NCBI RefSeq assembly: GCF_009914755.1
Contig: NC_060938.1
DNA length: 64,000 nucleotides
Source: the human T2T-CHM13v2.0 reference genome, Homo sapiens
Reading direction: 5' to 3' (one strand)
Of the stretch, positions 32,538 to 47,106 are shown in pieces. The first letter of the stretch is position 1. Every line of letters starts with the position of its first letter. Under the pieces are notes generated by a model. The model saw only the letters and a program-made list of their open reading frames with translations, was not told the DNA's origin and searched no databases. A program made the position numbers and the translations under genes.

Positions 32538-34040
32538 TAGCTCAAGGCCATCAGGGTTGAGATTCTGTCCCTGGGACCCTTCAGCCCTCAGGGCAGTTCT
32601 GTTTCCAGTGGCAGAGCTTGTGGCAGAGGGGGCAAGCCGCGCAGGGCTTCTTCCCTTTGTCCCATCGGGGCAGTTTGCCTTCCAGTGGCCTGGCTTCCCA
32701 CACTGATGGCAGTTACCTGGGAGAGTATTCTGAGTGCAACCTGGAAAGGGCTGGCAGACTTGTAGGACAACCAGTAGAGCTTTTCCTTTTGCCTCTCATT
32801 TTGCTGAGCCCTTTCCTTTTCCTCCTGGTCCTGGTTGTAAAAGACCAAGGAAGCTATTTTAAGGATGTCAGGTGTAGGGGTGTTGGGGCCTAGTGCTAGT
32901 TTTTGGAGTTTCTTCTGAATATCTTGAGTTAGGAAACTTGAGTTAGGAAACGGCCCTTTAGGACCAGTTACCCTACTTGTGTCTCTAGGTCTAGGTTAGT
33001 ATGTTTCACTAGGGCCTCTTATAGCCTCTCTAGGAAAGTGGTGGGGTTTTCAAGAGGGCCTTGATTTATTAAGGCAAATTTAGTATAGTTCACAGGCTTT
33101 GCTCTGCTAGTTTTCAATCTTCTACCAGACAGAGAAACATGTGGTTCCTTGCCCACATACCCCACTGGTTATTGTATTCCCAATTGGGGTTGACCTGGGG
33201 AACTGTGGTGACCCCACAGAGTAGCCACCAGAGTCAGTCATGTACATTGTGTTTACAAATTGTTGGGCTGCCTCCATAACGTAGTCGTGTTCTCCCTTAG
33301 ACAGTGTTTACCCTAGTATGACTGAGAGGTCCCTCCAGGTGAGTTCAAATGTTAAGCCCAGTTTACAGGAACCCTTTGATGTATTTGTCAGGGTCCTCCA
33401 GAAACTTCCCTAGTTCCATTTTAATTTGGCTCAGGTCTTGCAGTCAGTCTGGACTCTGGTGGGTACACTAGGGTCATTAACCTCCTGAAGGGGGCATACT
33501 TAAGAGGGTGGGGTCCAGAGGATGGCCCTGGGTAGGGAGGGGAGAGCACCAGGGCTGGGAGACTTGGATATAATAGGGTAGAAGGGGCAGTGGGGTTTGT
33601 GCTAAGCTCTGTCCTTGGTTCTTCTGGGGCTTGAGCCCTGGGTAAACCTTATAAAAGGTCTCCCAAACCAACCAGAGGGGGCTGCCTGACTATGGCTGCT
33701 ATCATCCCTGGATCCATTTTATAAGCCCAACAAAGGTCAGGGTTATTTTCTAGAGTCATGAAGGCCTGTACATAGGGGATTTTTGTCCCTTTTCCCTGTT
33801 AGTGGCAAAACAAATCTAGTTGATAGATTGTACTAAAATGTGTGCTTCCATTCGCTAGCCAAGATTCCTAGTCCTGGAGCTTGTATTCAACCCAGGCTGT
33901 GTTATAGAAAAATATTAACCTTTTCTGTGTTACAGAAAAATATAAATCCAAACCTTTAGCGTTTGGGGGTCAAACTTTTCCCTGTTCTTGCGGATGCTTC
34001 TGAGGGGTGTGTCCTGTGGTATGGAGACATGATTATCCAT
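32538..34040 (-). pseudogene. ERV gag remnant
   Basis: MDNHVSIPQDTPL...KFDPQTLK matrix start at 34040; two CCHC knuckles, CHQCGKPGHWKANC and CPLCHKLCHWKQNC, at ~32595-32710. Confidence 0.9.
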
Positions 34041-34125
34041 CTGTGAAGAGAGAACAGAGGAGACAAAAAGGAAAAAGAAGGCATACCCTCTTATTTCCCT
34101 GTCATCCTTTCCTGAACAGGGCATC

Positions 34126-34312
34126 CCCCATTCATCCTTAGGGTTCTGAAATGAACCAGTCTTACCAGGTACCCTTAACCTTGATCCTGTCTCATCACAA
34201 TTACCCACTTGAGAACAGAAGAGATAGCAGAGTAAATAGGGACCCCCTATTCATCTTTGGGGTTCTGGAATGAACTATTCTTACCAGGTACTACTAACCT
34301 TGACTTCACCTC
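34126..34312. repeat. Duplicated ~70-bp block in the ERV leader
   Basis: attcatc..gggttctg.aatgaac...tcttaccaggtac...taaccttga at ~34126 and ~34244. Confidence 0.8.
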
Positions 34313-35672
34313 TGTTCTAATGGTAATTTGTTCTGTGCCTATAGCCTAGGACCAGCCTTTATCTCTGTCCTATGGGTACTTTTGTCTCTTGTACCTATGA
34401 CCTTGAGCTGGCCTATATCCTTGTCTCCATGTCCTTACAGTGACTCTCACTTGGAGAATTCTAGCACAAAATGATTATCTCTTTTCTTATAATCCCATTT
34501 CCCATGTTTTTTAGTAGATGAGAAGCCTGTTTTTCAGCAAATTACTACAAGGGACTGAATTCCCCTTTCTTTGAATATGACCTTGAAGGTCTTGATGTAT
34601 ATTGAGAGCATGGAAGTGATTAGAGAAATGGAAGAAAATTTGTATTTGGGGTTTTTCATCCTCCCAGGGTAATCTGCAGAACAAATGCTTAAACAGGTAG
34701 GACAATCTCTCTGCTCCAGGAGGAAGCAGGAGGAAGCAAGGGGGATACTCACGGAAAGCCTCATATGCTCACAAAAACAGCAGCCCTTGAATTTGAGAGG
34801 GCAATATTTGTGTACCTTCTTGACATAAAGGAGGAACCTCCGAAGGACTTGGGGTTTGGGATAAGGGCTCACAGATGGCAAAGGAAGAATTTTCCCTCAT
34901 TCCAAAGGGTTGCTAACCCCCAAAAAAGCAAGTAGGTGGAGTCCTTAAAGTGCCACAGAGTGAGATCCTATGCAGAACTGCTTGAAAAGCCACCAAAAAC
35001 TTGGCCCTGGAGCATAATAGGAATGACAAGCGTATGGCAAATCATAAGGAGCTGTCAGAGCTGGGGTTCCAACTGGTGTGTGTCCCATCAGTGAGCCAAC
35101 AGACATCTGCAAGGGAGCCCATTTCTTCACTGCTGTGCAAGCACAGCAAGAGCTATGGCTGCACGAATAATAGGGAGTGTGTGTTTAAGGCAGAGAAGGA
35201 AGTCGTGTCATGTGAAGTGAAAACAGAGAAGAGACAGACTTGCCCCTAAGGCGGACAGTCCTGTAGGTGTACAAGGCCATTTCAGAATATACACAGAGAT
35301 AACAGGAGAGTAGGTGGTGCAGGCGTTTGGAAAAGAGCCAGTTTTCGTTGAAAAAGCAGAGGAAACCCCAGACATTGCACAGTCTTAGGGTTCAGCCCTA
35401 TGACTCTTGCAAGCCTCCTGTTCAGGAAGGCCTTTAGTGTCTCAGGTCTACTTGGTGCAGACTCCAAGGTCCTTCCCACCCCCATGAGCCACCCATCAGG
35501 GTGAGCTGAGAGATCAGCTCAGTGAGGAGCCGAGCCTCTTTGGCTGAGAGGACTCGTTCTGGGGGTTGCTTAGTAAGCAGGAGAGAGAAACTGAGGAGAG
35601 GGAAACCATGTATGGGAGTTGAACACCTTCAGCCAAAGGTGAGGCATAGAGGTGTCTTACCACTATGGAACA

Positions 35673-35690
35673 TATCTGAGTCACACACCA
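35673..35690 (-). promoter_or_regulatory. Primer binding site, tRNA-His-like
   Basis: Minus strand tggtgtgtgactcagata, 5 nt from the 5' LTR; compare His PBS TGGTGCCGTGACTCGGAT. Confidence 0.75.
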
Positions 35691-35695
35691 AAGTA

Positions 35696-36352
35696 TGTTA
35701 GCAGTGGCAAATCCATACAGGTCTGCACTAACTCGATTCTTGCCTCCTCAAAAGAAAGAATTCATCCAAGGAGCATGGGCAGAGTGAGAGACTGAGGCAA
35801 GTTTTTGAGCAGTAGTGAAAATTTGTTAAAAAGTTTCTGGGCAGGAACGAAAGGAAGTAAAGTACACTTGGAAGAGGGCCAAATGAGCAACTTGAGAGAT
35901 CCAGGTGCCCTGTGTGACCTTTGACTTGGGGTTTTATACAGTGGCATGCTTCTGGGGTGCATCTGTCCTCCCTTGAGTTTTCCTTGGGGTGAGCTGTCCA
36001 CATGCAAAATGGCCTGCCAGCACTTGGGAGGGGCCACATGCAGTGTGTGCCGAAGTTGTGCACGTGCTCATTTGAGGTCTTACCAGTTGAGTGTTCCTAG
36101 AGAAAGGTCATATATCAGTTAAACTCTGCCATTTGCCTCTTAGTGCAAATGCTTGAGCCCACTTGCCCAGCTCCTGATCACCAGCTTCAGGTGTTTTTTA
36201 TCTATTGGGAGACTGCCTTTCCCTGTCACTGGTTGTGACCAATCCTTATTATTTTATTATTTTAGAGAGACAGTTTAACAATTGCCTGACATTGGGGGTG
36301 GTGGGGGACCTCTCCTGCCCTGCTCATGTGTGCCTAGCTACATACTCTAGCA
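35696..36352 (-). mobile_element. 5' LTR of the provirus (LTR9/MER61-like)
   Basis: TG...CA termini; roughly 80% identical by eye to the split 3' LTR; next to the PBS. Confidence 0.92.
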
Positions 36353-38559
36353 CTAAGACTGGAAATAACTACTTGCCATTTATCAGGACCTTGGATCATG
36401 GATATATTGGTGTTAACCATCTGTGTGCTCTCTTTGGTATATGATTATGTTAACCTTAATGATTCCCAATGAAGTTGAGCAGAGTGCCCCTAAAGGACTT
36501 TTCTGAGTAGCTATTTCAGAGTTAAGATTTTTTCAAACGATACCTTCCAGCACACCCACCAACCTCCCCCATTGTAATCTGCTCTCTAGGTTAGTGTGGG
36601 CCTGGGTTATGTAACTGAAGTAATCAGCCCTGGTAGCTGATGGAGTGTATCTTTTGGGTATCTGAAGGCAGAAATTATGTTGAGAGCCATAAGTTCCCTT
36701 GACTCTTTATTAAGTGTGACATATTAATCCTCGTTTGTAGAGCTTTATGTGGAAATGTCAATCTAGTCGTTGTGGAAAAACCTGGGCTCAGAAATGCCTT
36801 GCATTTCATTTGAAAGTATGATGCAGCTACAGCTGGGATTTGGTCTCTTTTAGGGATGGGATTCAGGGCAAAAGGGAAACCATTCTGTGAAGATTGGCCC
36901 TAGAATGGCACCTTTGTCTTAGTTCCTCTTGATTTACTTTGGGATCCTTCAAGTTTCTAGCTTGGCTGGGTTGCTTTTGGAGCCAAAGATAGTTCCAATT
37001 CAATTGTTAGCATTAATGAGTTCTTACTAGCATTTTGTGAGGAGTACTGCAAATCATACCACAAAGGGTATGAAACCCTAGCTTGTGGGGCAGGGAGGGT
37101 GAGCTAGATTGTTTCTTCTTGGATTAATACCAGACATATTTCCCTTGGTGGAGATCCATTCTTCTCTGTGTGGGAATGTTTAACGTTCACACTGTTAGGT
37201 GAGGGTCTCGTTCAGATAATTTTTTTAAAATGCACATTTTAAAACTTATCTTAAAAAAATCCACAAACCCAACAAAATATTTCTTTTTTCATGATGACTT
37301 ATTCAGAAATTTGAAAGGCCAAAAGCCTTTTTGATGTATGTGAGAGCTTTCTCTGTCATATGGGGTCTACCAGTCATTTCAGCAAAGAGTTAAGTGAGGC
37401 CAAGGAGGCTTCCCTGGCAGCTTGGAAGCTTTGTGCAGCAGCCAAGCCGCGGGCTGAGAGAGGTGGATACTCATTTGTTTGTATATAAAACTTTCATTCC
37501 CAAAGTCTTAGATATCACATACAAGGAAAGATGATTGTGAAAATCAGTGATAAACTCAAGTATTTCTCGCCTGTTATGATTGCATTTGTTGTATCCGATT
37601 CTGCCTGACAGTATTTGCCACTTGATTGTCTAAACAGAGTTTTAACTGGTAGCAGGGTGAGCATTAATTATTCACATCTAGCAGCTGGCATAAATATGAT
37701 TGTGTAGGCCCATGTATGTTAATGAGTCTTACAATAAAGCCTTTCGCTTGGAGATCTTCAGCCCTCCCTTCTTTTTGTACCATTTGTGAACTTCATTCTG
37801 GAATTGTGTGGCTTGGTAAGGTATAATGTTCTTTGCTTCTGAGGAACTGTGCTGAGGGCTTGTGTAGAGAGTGGCCCATCTAGAAATGTCTCTCAGGACC
37901 CTGAAGGCTCCCTTGTTTCCTTTTCCTGTTTCCAGTCGGGCTACAGCAACTGGGTCTGGATATAGCAACAGCACCCCCTAGTGTATTATAGGGTGAGCAT
38001 GGGTTCCTGGTTAACTCAGTAAGGTGAGGTGTTCTGGCTTCATAGAGTGGAGTGTGAGAAACTGGCAACTTGGCATTTATTAAACAATATAGTTGAGGCT
38101 AAATATGCAACAGCAGCATGTCTTCCAGGTTTTGACAGCTGAGAAAGGAAGATAAAGACAGCAGGAAGATAGGGTTTTAGATTACTTTACAAGGATATGA
38201 AGGCTAAGGAGAGCCACAGGAGGGAATCAAGAGGTCACTGGGGAAGGGAGCTGTTCCAATGAATAGTTTGCTATTCTTCCAAAGAATCCAAATCTTGGCC
38301 ATATGTGCAGAAAGGCCTGGCCACAAAGGCCTTCCATTGTTGGCTGAGACTGGAGACCTGCGATGGGGGTTCAAAGCCTTTTGTTAGATGTGAAACTGAA
38401 ATTCCAAACACTCCAAGCAGTGACTTAAAGGCTACGAAAGTATAAATGACAGGTAGATATTTACCTCAGAACATAGTTTTGATTAAGGAAACTAGACCTT
38501 AAGAGAACAAAATGGGGGTGGGGATGGACTATAGAGAGAAGAAAAGAGGGATGCTTTCT

Positions 38560-38680
38560 TCATTTTGTTCATTTAACGAATATTTGCTGTTGAGCTGCTA
38601 TTCAGTGCCAGCTTCTATTCTACATACTGGAAATACAGATGTGAATAAAACAGAGTTTCTCTCCTCATGCAGCTTACATT
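38560..38680 (-). mobile_element. L2 3' fragment
   Basis: ttcatttaacgaatatttg...gtgccag...gaaatacagatgtgaataaaacaga. Confidence 0.65.
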
Positions 38681-39085
38681 CTTTACACTTGCCAATAAGC
38701 GGGTCACTACAGATCAGTTCTTATGTTTGTATTTTTGAAGTGTGATTTATTTACAGGCAGAATGTGATTTGAGGACATGGAAAGTACCCATCGTTCAAAA
38801 TTGTTCCCCACCAACCAACCAGTTTTTTTCTGAAATTTCTCAACCAAAACCCCTTGTTAGTTGTTTTCTGAGAGGAGTAGTAATGAATCCAGTTGCTTTG
38901 ACCTACACTTACTTCTAGTGAAAATGAATGACCTGATGAGACCTAGAGGGATGGGACACTGGGGGGTGGAATTACAATATTGGGACTAGCAAGCTGTAGC
39001 CTTGGTGAGTTTGTTTCAGGACCAAGTTTTCCTTATCTATAGAAGTAGCTGTATTCCTGTCAGGTCCCTTCTAGCTCTTATTCTA

Positions 39086-39466
<381 letters not shown>

Positions 39467-40135
39467 TTATTTGGGGGTAGGAGTAGGACCAGATTAGACA
39501 CTGAAAAAAAACATGGAGAAGGAACATGATTTGACAGTCAAATTTAGGCTATTTAAAAAAATATTTCTAGGGCATTTATTCTTGGGTTCAATTTCTGACT
39601 ATAAATTATCTGGAAGGGAGGGTGATACTATGAATATGGTTTTTGCAGATTTTTTGGGAAAGCCCAGTTGGTTTTACTTTTGTGGGTCAAATTAGTTTTG
39701 AAGATTATCTATAAAGCTTTCAGTGATAGACCTGACCCCCAAGCCACAGCTGCTTAAATAGCTGTGTGCTGTGGATTTTCTTGTTGTGCAGTGTTTCCTT
39801 TTAACTTTCCTGTTCAGGGCAGAAACAGAGTAATGCAGGCCCATATTCTTTGAATCCTAGAGAGCAAGTGACCTACTTACTATTGTACCTGAAATATTCA
39901 ACTAGAGTATATTTTAGGAAATACTTTTTCAGCTTTAAACATGACTTTGCTTCTGTGAATAAACACTTCAATCGAGAGACACTGACAGGTATTCTGGGCT
40001 GTTCTCCTGACCCGTTGTGTAACTTTGGATACTGTATGACTTTTCTCCTTGGAAAGAGGCAATGTAAAATCCATGGGTTTCTTTAGAAAAGACAATTTGT
40101 AACTACACCCTTATAGGTGCATGTGATGAAGATTA

Positions 40136-40459
<324 letters not shown>

Positions 40460-40963
40460 TTATTTGCTGGGTTCTTTAACAGCTGGAAGATGTGGGTTCT
40501 GGTATTCATAGTTTATTGGCCAGGATTTTCTTTATTTTGTGGTCCTCCTCTTTGCAGGTTTCAGCCTCCCTGTGAAGACCAAAGTACCTGTGTAAACAGG
40601 ATTCCAGGATGGAATATGAGTAGGTTTTTTGTTTGCAAAATTTCTTACTATACATGGCTAACTTTTAAAGAAGTAACACAATGGACCAACCGAAAGACAG
40701 AAACCTTGGGTAGCTTTGTAATTTTCTATGTGTGTGTTCTGCCACCTGCTGGAGAAGGATCACCACGCTTGGGAAGCTGGCTGGCAAAGCAGGGGAGGGT
40801 GTGTAATCTGGCTCCTTCAGCCCTCTTCTAGGACTGGGCAGAGTACAGGAAAACTCACAAAATGCTGTGGTGTGCTTGGTTTTCTGTTGGATCTCCCTAA
40901 TTGGCAACTAGAGTTATCCCACAGGGATTTCCCCTTCAGCCTGCTGAGCTCACGGCCAGCCAC

Positions 40964-41083
40964 CTCAGGCCCAGGCTACTCTGTGAGCCCCGCTCAGGCC
41001 CAGGCTGCTCTGTGAGCCCCGCTCAGGCCCAGGCTGCTCTGTGAGCCCTGCTCAGGCCCAGGCTGCTCTGTGAGCCCCGCTCA
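40964..41083. repeat. 29-bp GC-rich minisatellite, 4.1 copies
   Basis: ctcaggcccaggctgctctgtgagccccg at 40964, 40993, 41022 and 41051. Confidence 0.95.
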
Positions 41084-42595
41084 CATCATGCGCTGGCCTC
41101 ATTCCTCTGAGTATCCAGTATGTTGACTGGGATCGCCTTGAAATACTTTAAACTGGTTCAAAGTGGAAACAAAACAAAACATTAAATCCAAAGTAGGGGG
41201 CAGGGTGGCCACCTTTGTTGTGACATCTATAAGAGGGCCAACTGACCTATTCAGGAAAAGAATGGCCTTTTTTTCCTGAGATTATAGTCTCCCTCCTTTT
41301 TAGTGTTAAAATGCATTTTTACAGAATGATTCTGAGAGATGAGGGTTATCACTGTAAACGTATATTTGCTTGGCAAAAGAAAAAGCAAATGTAAATCAGT
41401 TCCCTAATTCTTTTAATATATTTTCCTATCTGTAAAATACCAAAGTCTGGCCAAATGCAGTTTGCTACTCCCTGTGGTCAGTCTTACCTTTCCCTTTATT
41501 TGACAACTTAGGCAGAAAAGTGGGGTCAACAATCCTCAGTTGTAACTTCCTTATTTTCCCTGTCAAATTCTCCATGGATTTTTCTGTGCTGTGACCCACA
41601 TAGAAACACAAAAATAATAGTGTGGTGGAATGAGGATAATGTTTCTTCACTAACTGGGTCACTGTTTTATAGATAAATTTTGGTCTAGAGTAAATGGTTG
41701 GCCTGATTTTGCACCCCTTTGGATCATTTTGTTCCTCTGGAGTTCTGGATGGAATGTGACCTTCCTGGATGGATGTGTATGTGGGACTCCCATGGGCAAG
41801 ACTTAGATTTTTGGCAGCCAGACCCTCAAGGCAACTGGGAGAGGATGTGGAGGCTCAGCCTCCCTGTTATTTGAAATTTCTCAGAGGCACACAATAATTT
41901 TGAAAGATTTTTAAATGGGAATAAGACATTTTAATATCTATGATTAATTTAAATAATTTTATCAACTGAAGTAATGAAACAGACTTCTGTATTAAGGGAT
42001 ATAATTACAGAAGAATATTATTTTTAAAAAATGTTTTACAGCCTCAATTTAAATAAATTGTAAAGTTTAAAGAAAAAATGTGGATCTACTCTGATTGAGA
42101 CAGGTTTTGTGTTTGGCTTTATGGAGTCTAAATTGAAAATTGCTAGTGTAGAAAACCTGAACTGAGATTTATTTTTGAGAAGATATTTAAAGAGAACAGA
42201 TAGTTGAGATCTAAGTAGGTAGAGGCTGGGAAAATGAGTTTGTACTGAAGCCAGAACACATGGTGTCTTCACTGGAAATGAATGTTCCCAAAGAATAAAC
42301 TTTTGTTTGTGTGTATTTATTTATCAGTAGTAACAATTGCTTTTGAATGAGCTAGGACATTTATGATTATAGGGTGTGGGTTTCTTATGGGCACACACAG
42401 AGACTGTGAGCTCAAGGCCATGTGAAGAAGGTGGAAATATCTTCCCCGGTTAATTTTCATGGGCCAGATTGTTAGAAATATGTCCAAGAAGTGACTTCAT
42501 AAAACTTTGAAACTTGGCTGAAAACCCTGGCAGATCTGCATCATCTGGTAAATATTTAAGACCTTGTATATATTATTTTCAAGGAAAGGTAATAA

Positions 42596-43015
<420 letters not shown>

Positions 43016-43345
43016 CCGTTTTGGTGTTTGTTTGTTTGTTTGTTTGTTTTGTTTTTTCCCCAGAGGGGGAGAAAAGAGATCTCATTTCTGATAGATTTAG
43101 GTCAGTTTAAATTCTTTTTCACTGAGGTTGACCTGATCAAAGTTTGCCTAGTGACTCAGCAAAGTCTTGCCATGTGGAGGCTTCATTTTTCATCACCTGT
43201 TGGTTTTTCCTTTTCTTAAAAATTTATTTCTTTATAGAGACATTTTGATATCATTTTAAAATCTCAGCACGTGACAAATACAAACTGAAAGTGCGAATTC
43301 TCATGTAATAAGAAAATTAGAAAGCAGACAAATATCAAGGCCATC

Positions 43346-43424
43346 TTTCCTCAGGTGATAGCCTTTTGTTAATGATAGTATCTTGGTTTCCTCAGGTGAT
43401 AGCCTAATTAATGACATCATCTTG
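43346..43424. repeat. 41-bp tandem duplication
   Basis: tttcctcaggtgatagcct...ttaatga...atcttg at 43346 and 43387. Confidence 0.85.
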
Positions 43425-43731
43425 TATTTCTGTCCTAATGAAGTTCACTTCTGTCATCTCAGGTAAATGGTAAAGAACTCATGGGTAAAGGTAAATGGGT
43501 AGAATACTCACGTTCCTATTTTAAAACTTGAGAAATAGAATCACAGATCAAGAATGACTTTCCTGTCTCCCTTTTTCTCAATTCATTGTTCTACTGGTAA
43601 TAAGGATAACACAGATGTTAACAACTTACTTAATGCCAAAACACTTTACATGTATTATTTTATTTTATTATTTCTTGTGAGATAGGTATATTCCCATTTT
43701 TTTCAGATGAGGAGAGAGTGACTTTCAGAGA

Positions 43732-44023
<292 letters not shown>

Positions 44024-46050
44024 CCAACTTACAGAGATTTTAAAAATTACTGAAATTTACAAAGCTGGAAAATGGCAGAACTGGGAACTGACCCATTTCT
44101 GACTTCATGGCCTGTGCTTTAAACTGTTACACCATATGTCTGTCCAGTTATATGCTACAGAGAAAGCAACTTCCACAGGCCAGTTGAAGCCAGCTGCCTT
44201 TTACTGGGCTCCCAGCCTGGTTACCGTCCTCCTATTTCTGACATTAAGCAAAGCAGAAGGTTGATTTAGACCTCCCAGGAAAGGGTTCTGGAAAAGCTAC
44301 AGGACCCTGTTCTTGAGCTCAGGGTCATCTGTCACTGGTAAGACCCCTCTCTAAGATGTTTTAAAACAGCATGTCAAAGACACAGTAAATGAATATATCC
44401 TCTATGTAAAGGCTTAGTAAACAGCAGCTCAGTAATTGCCCTAAGTGTAAGCAGGCAAGCCAGAGGCCTCAAACTGGACACGCCTTCCCAGTGTGTAGGC
44501 AGGCATCATCTCATAAGATTTACTCCCACCCTGGCCTCTTCCCTTTTCTGTTGACTTGGCCAGAGTCTCAGCTTTTCCTTACCAAAGATCAAAACTAAGA
44601 CTTCTTGGCTCTCCAAATCAGATCGTCACTAGAGTTTGGCCTGCTGTCAGTAAAGACAAGCTGAGTTGGCCTGAACTTTCCTCCCTTGGCATCCCAGGAA
44701 ATTGAACCTCTGCTGAAGGACCTGAAAACAACACCTGTCTGTCTCATACCGTAGACATAGCTTTGACTCAAAAACTGAACGTTCCTGATGCCAGGTAAAT
44801 GGTATCTCAGGGGATGCCATCCAGACTCCCCAGCTTTTAACCCATTTATCTTTAGAAACTTAGCTTTTCTCTTTCAGACCCTTGGCCTGTAAACATGAAA
44901 TTCTATTTGGGTACAAAGCTAATTCCAGAAAAGGGGGTCCTTTCTGGACTACTTCTGTTTTTGCATCGTAGTAGCCATCTATTGTTACTTTGTTGATTAT
45001 TAATTTTCTAAAAGGAATAGTTTTGTAGGACACATACTCTAGACCCTATTTGTGCAAAATTTACTATAATGGAAGTTGCCTTAAATGCCTGACTCTGCAC
45101 TGTTTGTTTTAGAAGGAGAAAAGACATTTAAACTCTGCATTTATCTTTCTGCTTGGTTCTGTGAGCTAGTGAGATTTAACTCTTCAATTTCCTCATGACT
45201 CAAAAATTCAAATATCTTAGCCACCCACCACAACAAAATATCACAAGTGTTCTTAGAGCTTTAGGAGGAGGAAGAGTGTGGTCAGAATGCTGCCTTCTTT
45301 CTAATACCACAGTCAAAAAACATTTTCTCACTTACTGATTCAATACAGAAAAACTGACCTTTCATTTTAGCTTTTGCATGTTAAGAACATGATTTCTAAC
45401 ATTCCATTCATTACAGCAAAAGCTCATTATTTTAAATGTCTCAGATGTTCATTATCATGCCATGTTTCCTCTTCTGCTTCCTAAGAGAGGAGGTAGTGTC
45501 ACTCACATCTGGCAAATGGGAAAGAGTTAAACAGATAAGCCATGACTCATCAACCAACTCAGCTCTGGCCCCAGGCAGCAGGTGGTTCTTTTGATCTTTC
45601 ACTAAATGGGGACTTTTACAGGAAACAGTCCTTGAGGAAGGCAGTTTAAGTAACTTGGCAGTTTTGTAAGCAGCATGCATGTAAACTAGAAGATAATCTT
45701 TTCATGCCCAAACATATTATAAATTAGGGATGGAACCAGATGCAAAAGGGACCCCAAACATGAGATTTCTGTATTGCACACATTATTCAGTCATGAGCCA
45801 TGGAAACATAATTGGTAATGTCTTGCCTGTGTCTTGAATCCCAAATTGAAGACGGGGAATGAGGGGCTCTATATTTAGAAGGTTATGTATGATACCAAAG
45901 AAAATTACCAACATGGGATCAAGGAGTGAACAAATCAGTTTGAAACTGAGCAAGAAGATGGGTGCATCACCAGGAGGATGAAAGAGGATCAAGACTTGTA
46001 ATATTCGAATGGGGAATATGCATCTATATCTGTGAGGTGGGGGTGGGTAG

Positions 46051-46448
<398 letters not shown>

Positions 46449-46576
46449 TATTTTAGTTTTTCTTAACTCCCTTTATTATCCCTTGAAAGAAGTCTTGTGA
46501 CTTTAAGTACCTTCATGGGCCATGCAGTTAATATCCTAGTAAACCACGCTAGATGTAAGATGGCAGGGAATGGTAG

Positions 46577-46697
46577 GCCCTATAGCAATTGGACATTGAT
46601 ATTAACACACACACACACACACACAGACACATACACATACACACACACACATATGCCCTATAGCAACTGGGCATTGATATAAATACAGACACACACA
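46577..46697. repeat. Duplicated 26-bp block with a CA microsatellite
   Basis: gccctatagcaa(t/c)tgg(a/g)cattgatat at 46577 and 46655, each followed by CA-rich sequence. Confidence 0.85.
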
Positions 46698-47106
46698 TTC
46701 TCATGCATATACATATCTACCTTCAAGAATTCTTAAGGTCATATTTCAGCTATTATTATTGTCACTAACCTGGTTCCCTGAGAGTATTTCACAATGCCAG
46801 GGAAGGGCAAGAAAAGAGGGGCTTCAGGACCTACATTTATAGGGCAGCAGTCATGTTTAAGTCTTCTAGTAAGCTCTCATCCAGCAGCATTGAGATAAAC
46901 TAAATCAAATGGGTTCTAATGTTGGCTGTGGTAGATTCCATGAGATAGTGCCTCAGATGGTATTTGGATAATCTAGTCCCACTGAATGTTCATAAAAAAT
47001 AGAAAGTTCCTCACAGGCAAGAGAGTTTAAAGAGATACACAAAGTAAGCTAAGAATACTTTGGATATTGTCTATTATACATTTTATGTATTGTCAGTAAA
47101 ACAACC

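Noticed and set aside
40525-40625. Strong-looking splice acceptor (cctcctctttgcag|g)
   Set aside because: No clear downstream donor or recognisable reading frame; such sites are common by chance.
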